The notes under the pieces were generated by a model that saw nothing but the letters and a program-made list of their open reading frames with translations, ran no database searches and had not been told where the DNA came from. From Octopus bimaculoides (Eukaryota): 36,739 nucleotides of DNA. The position numbers were made by a program, and so were the translations under genes. This document shows positions 10,276 through 22,129 of the stretch, piece after piece (positions within the stretch are counted from its first letter, which is position 1; each line of letters begins with the position of its first letter). The stretch is taken from NCBI RefSeq assembly GCF_001194135.2, contig NC_068994.1, forward strand, positions 35,783,022-35,819,760, in the 5' to 3' direction.

Positions 10276-10639
10276 ACAGAGTGTTCTGTTTTTATTAAAA
10301 TCAAATAGCTGTGTATGTGGACTTGACTTGTCAAAAGGTTTTTCATCACTTAAAATTTTATTGCCTGAGCAGAATTATTAATTTTTTTTTTTTTTGGAAA
10401 ACTGTTGTAAAAATAGAAAATCTCAGTCATATTCATAATTATTTTTCTACTAAGTGTAAAAGTTCTGTTTTGGATTTTTATCCTTCTTCAAAGAAGGAAA
10501 AAATTACAGGCTAATGCAGGATTGTTTAGAATCAATAAAGTTTTTAATCTCTCCAAAGAACAAATCTCTTTGAAATTTCTCTTTGTGATTTTTCACTCAT
10601 CACAACCAATTAACTTGAACTTTTTCATATACTAACTTT

Positions 10640-11070
10640 TACGGATTAATTTTGCAGACATGCTTACTTCCCAACCACAAGGTTCTGGGTTCAGTCTCAC
10701 TGTGTGGCACCTTGTGCAAGTGTCTTCTACTATAGCTACAGGCTGACCAAAGCCTTGTGGGTGGATTTTGTAGGTGGAGACTGATGGACGCCCATCATAT
10801 ATGTGTGAGTGTGTGTGTGTGTGTGTGTGTGCATGTGCACGTTTGTATCTGTGTTTCTCCTCCACCACCACCACTTGATAACTGGTGCTGGTATGTTCAC
10901 ATCTTTGTAACTTATCTGTTCAGCCAAAGAGACCAATGGAATAAATACCAGGCTTAAACTAAATAAATACTGACATCAATTCATTTGACTAAAAAATTTT
11001 CTGAGGAAGTGCCCCAGCATGGCTACTGTCTAATGACAGAAACAAGTAAAAGAATAAAAGATAAAAGATG
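10640..11070 (+). mobile_element. SINE family A, full-length
   Basis: Head, (TG)n spacer and tail, collinear with 19915-20285. Confidence 0.85.
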
Positions 11071-12344
11071 TTGACAGCTACCAGTTTTCTTGGATTCTGG
11101 ATTTTATTCTCCTCAATTGGTCAAGACAATTGAATAATGATATGATTAAGTTCCTAGCTTCCCAGACATAGGCTCTCAGCTTCACAAGTATTCCTGGAAT
11201 TGAACAGGAATCTGTTGTTGCCTGAATGCTATTTATACTTTTATTTTTCGTAGTAATGAACAAAACTCCATAAACTTTAGGTAAAGAAATCTATAATACT
11301 AAAATCAAGACAAGTAAGTGTGTCTATCATCGCAATGTCAGTAATCTTTAATATTTAATTCTTTATAGTGAAACCAAACTCTAATAAAAGGTTATATGAG
11401 AGATTTTGTTGATGACAGTTAATTAATCAATCATAAGAAAGGAGGGCTCCAATCAGGGTGTTTAACATGCTGTCAAACACTTTATATTTACAATATAAAG
11501 TGTTTTTTAATGATTTGCTTAGAGAGGGAGGTGGTATTTCTGGCCTTCTTTTCAGGGTTTTTGAACTTGAGAGAAGGAAGAGAGCTAGTTGTTGTCAGAC
11601 TAGAGATCTGGCTTGACTGCTAACAGCAGAGTGGATTTTGCTTAAGGTACCCTAGGATCATGCAGTGTTGCTAAACCAGGTGGCATGAGTCTTGTACCTC
11701 AACACTACCCAAGCATCTATTATCACATTCTCATTACTTGAAGAACTTTGATACCAAATTAATAATAATCCACATTTGCTGAACATGTTTCTGTAAACTT
11801 TCTAGGAAATACTTTTTTCAGTAATGATGGACAACAAGCAAATTCCATAAATTATAAAACCTTCAGCTGGCAAAGAAGCCTTTACATGATTGCTTGACCT
11901 GCTTGAAAAAGCAGTCAAATCTCATTCAACTTACACCTAGTTGTCCTAAAGTTGAGAAGAACACATTAAACAATCTAGTGAGTAGATTCTTCAAAAAAGA
12001 AATTATATTCATGATTGGAATATCTTTGATTATAGATTTGCTTGAAAAGGATCAGCGCTTGAGGTGTAGGTCTATGACAGTCATACCTTTCACAAAAGTA
12101 TTAGAGGTATCGGATTGGATTAGGTTGCTCATATTCACTCCACTGCAAGATGAAGGCCTCAGCATGTTCTCTCCACTCAGCTATGGTCTGATGTAGAGGC
12201 CATGAATTTGAGCTTGAGATCCTACTGGTTTGAAGTATGAGATAAAATTGCTCCAAACAAGAACTGAGACTTTGTGGTAGTATTAGCTAACCAGGATCGA
12301 ACTCATTATTCTGTGATGTCAGCCACAGTTAATAATTCTTTCTA

Positions 12345-12730
12345 ATTTTGATTCAAGGCTAGCAGTTTTGAGGCGAGGGGAAAGCTGATTTCATGGATTT
12401 CAGTGCTGAGCAGGTACTGAATTTATTGACCCTGAAAGGATAAAAGGTGAAATGGACTTCAGGGGTATTTGAACCCAAAACGTAAAGAGCCAGAAAAAAT
12501 GCTGCAAAGCATTTTCTCTGGTGAAGTAATGCTCCTTTCTGCCAGCTTGCTGCCTTAGCGACAGTAAATAATAGTTTCTTACAGAGCTTCAGACCACAAA
12601 GCTTAGCAGAAAGCATAATCGATGAAAATGAATCTAGTACTTGGAGGTAATTTATTTCGTTAATGATGGCAGAATGAATAGCAAAATCATTTAGACAAGA
12701 TTTGAATTGAACTCAGACTCTAATGCGACA
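12345..12730 (-). mobile_element. SINE family B copies (one clear ~12345-12560, one degenerate ~12590-12730)
   Basis: ATTTGAAC..AAGCATTT..CTGCCAGCTTGCTGCCTTA is the reverse complement of the family B head. Confidence 0.7.
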
Positions 12731-12899
12731 TAACTAAATGATGAAAAAATATATGATCTACGTATGTGTATGTGATGTACATGAGTGTGTGTACTGTAGG
12801 GGTGCTACTGTAACATAGTTTCTGTCTTGAGTATTTCAAACTTTTGGTTATTTTAAACTGCTTTTAGATCTGAAGACAACTGATTTCCTTCATAAAAAG

Positions 12900-12992
12900 G
12901 AAAAGACAGACAGACAGACAGAAAGTGACAGAGAGAGAGAGAGAGTAATAGAGAAAGAAAGTGAGAGAGAGAGATGGGGGAAGAGAGAGACT
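12900..12992. repeat. (GACA)n/(GA)n microsatellite
   Basis: Directly visible. Confidence 0.9.
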
Positions 12993-13164
12993 TAATTTTA
13001 TTAAAAGGTTTAATCGTAAAAAGAAGCAATGCCAGTGATGATCTCCAATGGCCCTCTGAATGGTGAAGTTTATATAATAGATGCATAGTTTGAAAATTTT
13101 TAAGTTGATGTCAACAGGAAAAAATGCATCAGAAGGAAATTCTGAATAATTGATATTATGCATA

Positions 13165-13400
13165 GAAAGGTGTGTGGCCTAGGGGTTAAGATGCTACACT
13201 CACTATTACAAGATCATGGTTTCAATTCCCAGATCAGGCAATGCATTGTGCTCTTGCACAGAACACTTCATTTCGCATTGCTCTAGTCCATTCAGCTGTA
13301 AAATGAGTAACCTTGTGAAGGACAGGCATCCTGTTTAGGGGGAATGTTGTGGTCACTTGTATGGTATGGCAACTGGATAACTGGCTCTATGGGTCCTCAG
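13165..13400 (+). mobile_element. SINE family C
   Basis: GTGTGGCCTAGGGGTTAAG..GGTTTCAATTCCC..CAGCTGTAAAATGAGTAACC. Confidence 0.75.
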
Positions 13401-14359
13401 ACTCCAGACAGTATTGTCCAGGGGTTTGAGATGGAAGATGATAATGATGAGAGAAAGGGTTGAGGATGGTTAGTGTAGGACCTCAAAGAAGGTGTAGTAT
13501 AATAAGACAACAGGGTAACACTGTTAATAGAAGTTTGAAAGGTAAAGGAGAAGGGTGCAGTACTGTAACTGAATAAATTAAGAGAATTTAAATCAAGTTA
13601 AAAGAAGTTAAGAACAAGACAAGGAAAAGTGAAAAGGTGAAAGAATTTTTTGTTTTCTTGAAAATATTTTTCAATCTTAAAATCTTAAAAATAATCTCAA
13701 AAAATCTTCAAAAAGAGCATTTAAAGAAAAAAATTTTAAAAAGCTTAAAAGACCTTAAAAAATTTTTTTTGAACATTCATAAAATCTCAAAAAAAAGAAA
13801 AATCTGATAAACATCCCACAAAGACAGAAAAACATCTCAAAAACATCTTTTAACCTTTCTTAATTTTTTTGGTTACAGTATTTCTCCTTGACCATTCAAA
13901 CCTTTCCTACACATGGCATTACCCTGTTGTCTTACTATACTATACCAACCATAACCATGTTGGCTGAGATCCATCAGCACATTGTATTATGGGTGATAAG
14001 AGGAGAAGATATGGTGGATATATCATTTGAGCAACATGTAACCAATAACAAAAAACATAGTAGTAATTATTAGTCTTAGATTCTTGTGGAGCCAAAGTAA
14101 GAAATCAAAGACAAGACCCACTGTTTGTTTTTGTAAAGTAAGAGAAATAGGATGTCATGAAGTTCATATTATTTCTGAAGGGATTAGTATTTAACTTGTT
14201 TGGTAGTTGCTTCAAGTTGGATTTGAAACTGATCTGTTGAGTCAGCTCTTTTGGGAATTTATCTCATGCTACAATGCTTGTCTTTATGTCACTTCATATT
14301 AATAAAACAGTTGTGTATTCAACTGTATTGCTTTTCTGTGTTTGTGTTTGTGTGTTTGT

Positions 14360-14455
14360 GCATGCATAACTATCTATCTGTCTGTCTGTTTATCTGACTA
14401 GCTACTTATCTATCTATTTATTCACAAGCACACATGCATGCTCACACGCACATGT

Positions 14456-14488
<33 letters not shown>

Positions 14489-14645
14489 TGCACACGTGTG
14501 TGTGTGTATGTATGTATGTATATATCAGTGAGGAGTTCATATATCTGAAAAAGAAGCATACTCTAAAACATTAGTGTAATAATATTTTATTAGTGTAATA
14601 GTATTCATTGTTTAACGTCCGCTTTCCATGTTAGCATGGGTTGGT

Positions 14646-14682
<37 letters not shown>

Positions 14683-14719
14683 ATAAGTAGGTAGGTAGGT
14701 AGGTAGATAGATAGATAGA

Positions 14720-14750
<31 letters not shown>

Positions 14751-14755
14751 TCATA
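14360..14755. repeat. Compound microsatellites (CTAT, CA, TG, GATA, GGTA, CATA) with a short family D tail remnant (~14610-14645)
   Basis: Directly visible. Confidence 0.9.
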
Positions 14756-14759
14756 TGTC

Positions 14760-14990
14760 CATCTTTTATATTTTGCTTGTTCCAGTCATTGGACTGCAGA
14801 CATGCTGTGACACGACTTTGAAGAGTTTTTTAAGCCTGGCTATTACTCTATTGGTCTCTTATACTGAACCAATAAGTTGCAGCAGTGTAAACAAGCTAAA
14901 ACTGGTTGTCAAGTGGTGCAGAGAGACAAACGCAAACGCAAAGACAACTCGCACACATAAACATATACATAGATATAAATGACATATACA
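14760..14990 (-). mobile_element. SINE family A tail
   Basis: Reverse complement of the tail. Confidence 0.7.
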
Positions 14991-15151
14991 TGTGCGTGCA
15001 CGTGCACACACACACAAGTATGTATGTGTATATATTATTTAAAACAGTTTGATTTGGCTCCATGTGGCTAATCAAAATGTTTTAAATAAAACATGTAACC
15101 CCTACTGTGTTGAGTGCTCCTTTATTTCATTTGTCCACTCATTTATATGTT

Positions 15152-15207
<56 letters not shown>

Positions 15208-15569
15208 CATCATCATCATTTAGTTACCATATTCTGTACTGCCATAGGGTGCATTTCTAGCTTGAGTTGAACTGTTGGCACAAACATAAATATATGTAGT
15301 GTGTGTGTGTATTTATATATGATCATATATAATTATATGTATATATATATGATCATATATAATTATATGTATATATATATGAGTGTGTTGAGTATGCATA
15401 TAATTATACATAAAGTTATGAATACATGACATGAAACCATCAGCCGCTATAGGTCATGAAAACTAACAGTGGAAAAATTTAGATTAGATCAGGTCAATGT
15501 ACCATTCTCATATATTCGGCATCTACTTGATTTTGCCATTTCTCATTTATTTGATGTAATCATAGATTT

Positions 15570-15810
15570 AGGTACAGGTGTACTGGCATGGTTCAGAAGT
15601 TTGCTTCCACACCACATGGTTCCAGATTCAGTCCCGTAGCATGGCACCCTGGTGTCGGTGTGTTTATATCCTCATAACTTAGCAGTTCAACAAATGAGTC
15701 TGAAAGACTTAAAAAATATAAGTCCTGGAGTCGATTTGTTTGACTAAAACCCTTGAAGATAATGCCCCAAAATGGCTGCTGCCAAATGACTACAACAAGT
15801 GAAAGATATG
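15570..15810 (+). mobile_element. SINE family A with internal deletion (head joined directly to tail)
   Basis: The head runs to CATGGCACC and continues at once with tail sequence CTGGTGTCGGTGTGTTTAT; the spacer is missing. Confidence 0.7.
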
Positions 15811-16539
15811 GATAAAAGGGACCTCACAGCCCTACACTTTTTCTACTCATTTGCCAAACACTTTACATTATGTGCTGGGTAGAGTTTCTAGGCATCAACC
15901 CTAGAGAGACAGCCTTGCTCACAATTCCCCTGTAGAGGAAATGTGGCAGATGGTAGGCTCTGTCAAAGCACTGTGGAAAAAAGTAGGGAGACTTATACAG
16001 AGTAGAACGGTAGTTATTATACATGTTCATCTGTCTGAGTGATGTGCATCAAATAGTCATCCTTCAGGATGACTGATGACTTGTGCAGTAACTTTGTTAA
16101 GGTGAAAAAGAGTTGCATGCTGTCAATCTCATCCCCATATCCTTAACCATCTTCAATCCAGTGGCAAGTCCATATCAAGATGATTGGGGATGGAAACAGA
16201 AGCTGTTGGTGACCAAGATGTCTTACTTGCCTTGTCTTGCTCCCTACACTCCACAATGGGTTGCTGAAGCTGCCTTTATTTCTGTTGAACTATGAAGGAT
16301 TCTTCTGCAGAGTTTGCCTGTTCTGTACTTATAGTGTGTCGACCAAGGAGGGGAATAAGAGTAGGAGAAATAACAACAGGAAGGCCAGAGATGAGTAGTT
16401 GAGAGGAGAGGATAGGAGAGTAAGAGAGTAAGAGAACTCAATAATCTAGGATGTGTACATTTCCTCAGATGACCTTGGTGGGAGAGAGATCAGAAGGACC
16501 TGAATGGTTGGGAGGGTAGAAGGGGCAGGAATATGATCA

Positions 16540-16746
16540 TTTATCTTTATCTTTTGCTTGTTTCATTCATTAGACTGCAGCCATGCTGGGACACTGCCTT
16601 GAAGTGTATTGTTGGACAAATTGATCCAGTGTTTATTTTAAAGTCTGGAACTTATTCTATCAGTCACTTTTGTCAAACTGCTAGGTTATGGGGGCGTAAA
16701 CAAACCAACACTGGTTGTCAAGCAATGGCGGAGAGATAAGTACAAA

Positions 16747-16793
<47 letters not shown>

Positions 16794-16945
16794 CACAGGT
16801 TTATGTCTACAAAATTCACTCACAAGTCATTAGTTGGCACAGAGCTATAGAAGAAGACATTTGCCCAAGGTGCTGTGCAGTGGAACTGAACCTGAAATCA
16901 CAAAGCTGCAAAGCGAGCTTCTTAACCACACAGCTTGGCCTGTGT
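16540..16945 (-). mobile_element. SINE family A, full-length, with (CA)n spacer
   Basis: Reverse-complement tail, (CA)n and head. Confidence 0.85.
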
Positions 16946-17059
16946 CTATAGGAAAGAATAATAGAAATGACAGGGATATTTGGTGGGGTATGAAGTCAGT
17001 AGATGAGAGGGTGGTGGTAACAGCGGTGAACAAAAGTAAGGATAGATGTTAAAATAAAA

Positions 17060-17629
17060 GTACATTCACTCACATGTAATTCCCATTCACATATATTTAT
17101 CCTTCACATGTATTTGTCTTTCACATGTATATACGATCGACATATCCACCACATGTACTTACTACTCATATATATTAAATATTGAAATGTATTTATCTCC
17201 TACATGTATTTACCATTAACATGTATTTACCATTCACATTCCATTTAAAGTGGAGGGAAGTTGTGGGAGAAAGAGACCCAGGAAGACATGGGACAAAATA
17301 TTGAAGGCTGATCTCAAAATGCTGAACCTTACGAAGGATATGACAGAGGAGACTGAGATATGTGGTGCATTGCTGTACTTATGAAGGCTTGCCCACCACA
17401 TGTGAATTGAGATCCTAAAACCAAGGTGCCATGCAAAAAGCATTGGTGTGGGTGCTGCTGCCATGTAAAAAGTACCTACTACACTCTATAAAGTGGTTAG
17501 CATTAGGAGGGGCATGCAGTCATAGAAACCAAGCCAAAACAGACTATGGATCCTGGTATGGCCTCTGGCCTTGCCAGTTACTGTCAAGCCATCCAACCCA
17601 TGCCAGCTTGGAAAACAAACATTAAATGT

Positions 17630-17666
<37 letters not shown>

Positions 17667-17783
17667 CTATTTACAATTCATGTGAATTTATACTTCTAAT
17701 GTATTTACTTTTCCCATGTATTCATTACTGACATGTATTCGCCATTCACATGTATTTACAATTCACATGTAAATGCCATTCAA
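17060..17783. repeat. Degenerate ~17-19-bp minisatellite (consensus like CACATGTATTTACCATT), split by an RTE insertion
   Basis: Units at ~17060-17240 and ~17668-17783. Confidence 0.75.
17240..17666 (+). mobile_element. RTE-clade LINE 3' fragment with (GAT)n tail
   Basis: From 17247 it translates KVEGSCGRKRPRKTWDKILKADLKMLNLTKDM, the GR.RPRKTW C-terminal motif of RTE ORFs, followed by a 3' UTR and (GAT)n. Confidence 0.8.
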
Positions 17784-18124
17784 TGGTGGTGGTCAGGATA
17801 CCAGAACTAATAATAACCTGCTTATGTTTTTGCTGGTTTCAACAAATGTTTGGGGACAAACTTATAGCTTTCTATCTAAACAGGACACAGATTGTCATCA
17901 TGTAGGACAGACTGTCATCATACAGGACAGACGTTCGATCACTCATGTACTTAATAAAGGAAGCTAAAGTTCAGGTATTTGCCATAGCTTAACACTGCTT
18001 TAAGCCTTTCAAGAATTATAAAATGGCAGCTAAAATATATTAGAACAAAGAGTAATTATACTCAGTTTTAATACTTGGCTTAACTGACAGACTTGTCATC
18101 TCTGGCAGCAACCAGTTGCATTAA

Positions 18125-18350
18125 ATTTATATTCACATACGCATATGAACATACAGACATGCATGTATGTATGCGAATGCATGCATACATACATTCATAC
18201 CTACATACACACAAATATACATATATATGTACATATATATATATATATTTATAATATATAAATATATTTACATATAAATGTTTGTACATACATGCATACA
18301 TGCATGTGTGTGTCCTTTATACATGCACACACATATATGCATATACACAA
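18125..18350. repeat. CATA/TA-rich low-complexity tract
   Basis: Directly visible. Confidence 0.85.
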
Positions 18351-19264
18351 GGAATATATTAAGGATGTATCTAATTCTATTGACTCACACTTTCTTTGTA
18401 TTTCACCTTTACTCCTGTACTATTAAAAAAATTACGTTTTGCTGTCATTTAGACACATGGTATTTATTTTATAAATATGGCTCTTTAAACCTTTCCAAAA
18501 AAAAAAAAAAATAATAAATCCTTTGACAGTTGAACATCCTAAAAGAGTTAATGATAAAGTATCCACCCTTATGAAAAAAAAATCAAATGTAAAAATATAT
18601 AATATTGATTAAAAGTTCTAGAACAGGAAAATTGATATTTCATAAAAATCTTTATTTAAAAAATGTTTCTATTTATCTATTTATTATTATTTTGAATTTT
18701 GAAAATGTTGAATTTTTTGGAATTTTCTTAAACAAAATAAATGTATAGAATTTTGTTGTACTCCCATGATTGAAATTTCTCCAATCCTTTAATTATGTTG
18801 ACCCTTTCATTCACTCTCTATAAGAGTAGGGACACAATAATTATTAAAATCCCTTAGTGATTGATTACTTGGAAAAGAAAATGTATATCCAATCTTCTAT
18901 ATTAGATCTTGTAAAGACACTCAAATCTATATTCTTACCATAAGCTGATTAGATGATCTATCATTTTGTTGAAGGTTGAAAATCTATCATAAACCCAATG
19001 CTAATGATGTTAATACCCGCTTGAGAATCTGTGCAAGTTTAACAAGTTCAGTGGCTCTCTGCTATGAGGGAAAACTTTAAATCAAAATCTCTAGTGATGG
19101 TAACTTCAGCAGGGACAGGCAGAAGAAAAGGTGAAGTCAGTCAGTGGATGACAGCTTTGATTTCTCAGGATTTATATATTACATGTGGTTAGCATTGTAG
19201 GGGTATATAGTTTTGGTCAAATGAATTAATCATTGTTACAGTTATCTTGGTGTGTATGAGAATG

Positions 19265-19745
19265 AGTGGCAGAGGGATGGAAAATCAATCAGACAGACAG
19301 ATAGATAGATGGAGAGATAGACGGATATATAGAAAGATAGATGGATACATAGATGGATAGATAGAAGGATAGACAAACAAATAGATAGATGGATAGATAG
19401 ATAGATAGATGGATACATAGACAGATAGACAAACAGATAGATAGACGGATAAATTGACAGATAGATAGATAGACGGATAGACAGACAGACAGATAGATAG
19501 ACGGATAGATACACAGAGAGATAGACGGATAAATAGATAGACTGATAGATGGCTGGATAGATAGATAGATAGATAGATACATACATAGATAGATAGATAC
19601 ATAGATAGATGGACGGACGGATAGATCGACAGACTGATGGATGGATGGATGGACAGATGGATGGATGGACAGACTGATAGATGGATAGATAGACAGAGAG
19701 ATGGCTGGAGAAGTAGTGTGTGTGTGTGTGAGAGAGAGAGAAAGA
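19265..19745. repeat. ~480-bp compound tetranucleotide satellite (GATA/GACA/GATG/GACG) ending in (GT)n(GA)n
   Basis: Directly visible; it generates three overlapping stop-free minus-strand ORFs. Confidence 0.97.
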
Positions 19746-19914
19746 GAGTGTATTTGTATGCGTGTGAGATAAAAACAAATAAAATCCAATGATTGAAAAG
19801 ATCAAGAATGTAAACATCAGTAAAAAAGTTTTTGCTTTCAAATAAACATACCATGTATAGTACTTGTTCCACCCATGTTGCACAGGCATTCCCTCCATAT
19901 TCTCAATAACTTAA

Positions 19915-20285
19915 ATGCAAGAGTGGCTGTGTGTTAAGTAGCTTGCTTACCAACTACATGGTTCCGGATTCAGTTCCACTGCGTGGCAACTTGGGCAAGT
20001 GTCTTCTACTATAGCCTCAGGCCCACAAAATCCTTGTGAGTAGATTTGGTAGACAGAAACTGAAAGAAGCCCATCGTATATATGTATATGTATATATATA
20101 TGTGTGTTTGTCCCCCCCACAACATTGCTTGACAACTGATGCTGGTGTGTTTACGTCCCCGTAACTTAGCAGTTCGGCAAAAGAGACCAATAGAATAAGT
20201 ACTAGGCTTACAAAGAAGAAGTTCTGGGGTCGATTTGCTCAACTAAAGGCGGTGCTCCAGCATGGCTGCAGTCAAATGACTGAAA
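19915..20285 (+). mobile_element. SINE family A, best-preserved copy (tRNA-like head, TA/TG spacer, tail)
   Basis: GAGTGGCTGTGTGTTAAG and GGATTCAGTTCC Pol III box-like motifs; CpGs retained. About 18 full or partial homologues in the window. Confidence 0.9.
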
Positions 20286-20289
20286 CACC

Positions 20290-20830
20290 CCCTCCCCCAG
20301 ACTTGCTAGCCTTGTATGAATATTTGAAATCAATATTTCTTTCGTGGAGTGAAGGACAGCAAGCAGGCAGAATAGTTAGCATGCCAGACAAAACGCTTAG
20401 TGATATTTCATCCGTCCTTTACATTCTGAGTTCAAATTCTGCCGAGGCCAACTTTGCCTTTCATCCATTTAGTGGGTGGGTGGGGGGTCGATAAAATAAG
20501 TACCAGTTGAGTACTGGGGTCAATGTAATTGACTTACATCTTACCTTAAAATTGTTGGCCTTGTGCCAAAATTTGAAAACATAGTTTCTTTCTGGAGTAA
20601 GGCGGTGACTTGCCAGAACCTTTAGCATGCCAGACATAACACCTAGTGGCATTGCATCTGTCTTTACATTCTGAGTTCAAATTCTATCAAGCTTGACTGT
20701 ACCTTTCATTCACTTTTGGGGGTCAATAAAATAATTATCAGGTGATTACTGGTGTTGATGTAATCATTTTACCCGCCTAGAAATTGCTGGTCTTGCACCA
20801 ACATTTGAAATCAATATTTGTTTGTGAAGT
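20290..20830 (+). mobile_element. Tandem SINE family B units (one remnant plus two complete)
   Basis: Repeated AAGG..GCAGAA..TTCTGAGTTCAAATTC..CCTTTCAT..TTTGAAA with a conserved linker. Confidence 0.85.
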
Positions 20831-21029
20831 GTACAGAATTTTCTCCTAGAAAAGACTGTGACATTATATCAAGAATGCTAAATTTTGAATTTTTCTATAT
20901 CATTCCATATGGTAAAATTTGGATAGCAAACTGTTTGCTCTATTGATTATACCATATATATGAGTCTATGGGCCATTTGGCCTTTGTTTTTTGAAAATCC
21001 ATCTGCCCAGATTCCAACATAGTTTCCAT

Positions 21030-21160
21030 TTTTCCAATTTCAGTCACAAGGCTACAGTCAATCTGAGTTTATGGTAAAAACATTTCTCTAGACTGCCATG
21101 CTATGGGATTGAACCTGGAACTGCATGATTGTGAAGCAGATATCTTAACCACTATGCCAT
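21030..21160 (-). mobile_element. SINE family A head
   Basis: GATTGAACCTGGAACTGCATGATTG..TAACCAC, reverse complement of the head. Confidence 0.65.
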
Positions 21161-21324
21161 GACTTTACATAAGCACACAAACCTCAAATACATACAAAAA
21201 ACATATACAGCACACACACACGTATGCACATATATACTAACACAGACACACTTACATATATACGCATCTGCAAACCTTTAGCACTTCAAGAGAAATAGAT
21301 AATCCAAAGCAAACCCTTTAATAG

Positions 21325-21396
21325 GATAGCAGTTCCATAATCCTTCCAGTAGATAAGGCTGATGCTAATGTAGTTATGAGCAAAAGAAGATGCTGA
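21325..21396 (+). mobile_element. Possible Penelope-like retroelement trace
   Basis: Translates DSSSIILPVDKADANVVMSK, resembling the IxILPADKGxxxVVM motif upstream of Penelope RT domains; short match only. Confidence 0.4.
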
Positions 21397-21539
21397 AAAC
21401 ATTCAATCAAAATACTGAAAGAAGAAGCTCAAATAAGATTTTCCCCTTAACAGTTTCTTGGTTCATAAAAGAAAACAAAGATATTTCACAGACAGCTCAT
21501 TAAATATTAATATACTTTACAATGTATCTATATCTTTAT

Positions 21540-21720
21540 ACACACAAACACACAGACAGACACACACATACACACACACACACACATATGAATGAATGTA
21601 TGTGTATATATGTGTATAAATGTGTGTATATGTGTGTGTGTGCATGTATTATATATATGAGATATATATAACTATATTATAATATATATAATATATACCA
21701 TCATCGTTTAACATCTGCCT

Positions 21721-21756
<36 letters not shown>

Positions 21757-21815
21757 CATTATACTATATATTTATATGTGTGTGTGTGTATGTATGTATA
21801 TAATTATATAATTTA
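21540..21815. repeat. CA/TG/TA compound microsatellite
   Basis: Directly visible. Confidence 0.9.
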
Positions 21816-22129
21816 GTTGTAAGGATTCATTAGAATTTAGGCACATCAACATATAGGATGCAAAAAATGTCTAGGTATAATAACATAGAGCTCACACTGA
21901 GATAAACAACATTGAAGGCCTCAAGTGTTGGTAGGATAGTGTACATATGCAAATAGCAAATCTAATTTAAACCTTGATGTGGCATAGGTATAAAAACTAA
22001 ACATAAATGGTATTTAAAATTTATGACAGCTGTTTTTGTAGAATTTTATGAATACATTAATAGAAGATAACATCAAAATTGCTGTTCTTATACTTAAATT
22101 AGAAGCTATTTATTATTTTGTCATTTTCT

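Noticed and set aside
11894-12196. 100-aa ORF in a non-SINE stretch
   Set aside because: Non-ATG start and no motif in any of the frames I translated; more likely an old unclassified repeat.
13029-13146. Box C (GTGATGA) and CTGA motifs with TCTCCAATGG complementary to the conserved 18S rRNA CCATTGGAG, suggesting a C/D snoRNA
   Set aside because: The pairing does not extend up to the D' box (mismatches at the positions next to it) and there is no terminal stem.
16050-16340. Faint resemblance to an RTE AP-endonuclease (ILVTNSF..IWTCHW..DEIDS) on the minus strand
   Set aside because: Needs frameshifts and stops and the similarity is too weak to assert by eye.
19242-19898. Three long overlapping ORFs (218, 195, 166 aa)
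   Set aside because: Antisense (CTAT/CTGT)n satellite lacks stop codons. The short unique start (MEGMPVQHGWNKYYTW followed by GTATGT) has its acceptor side inside a SINE head.
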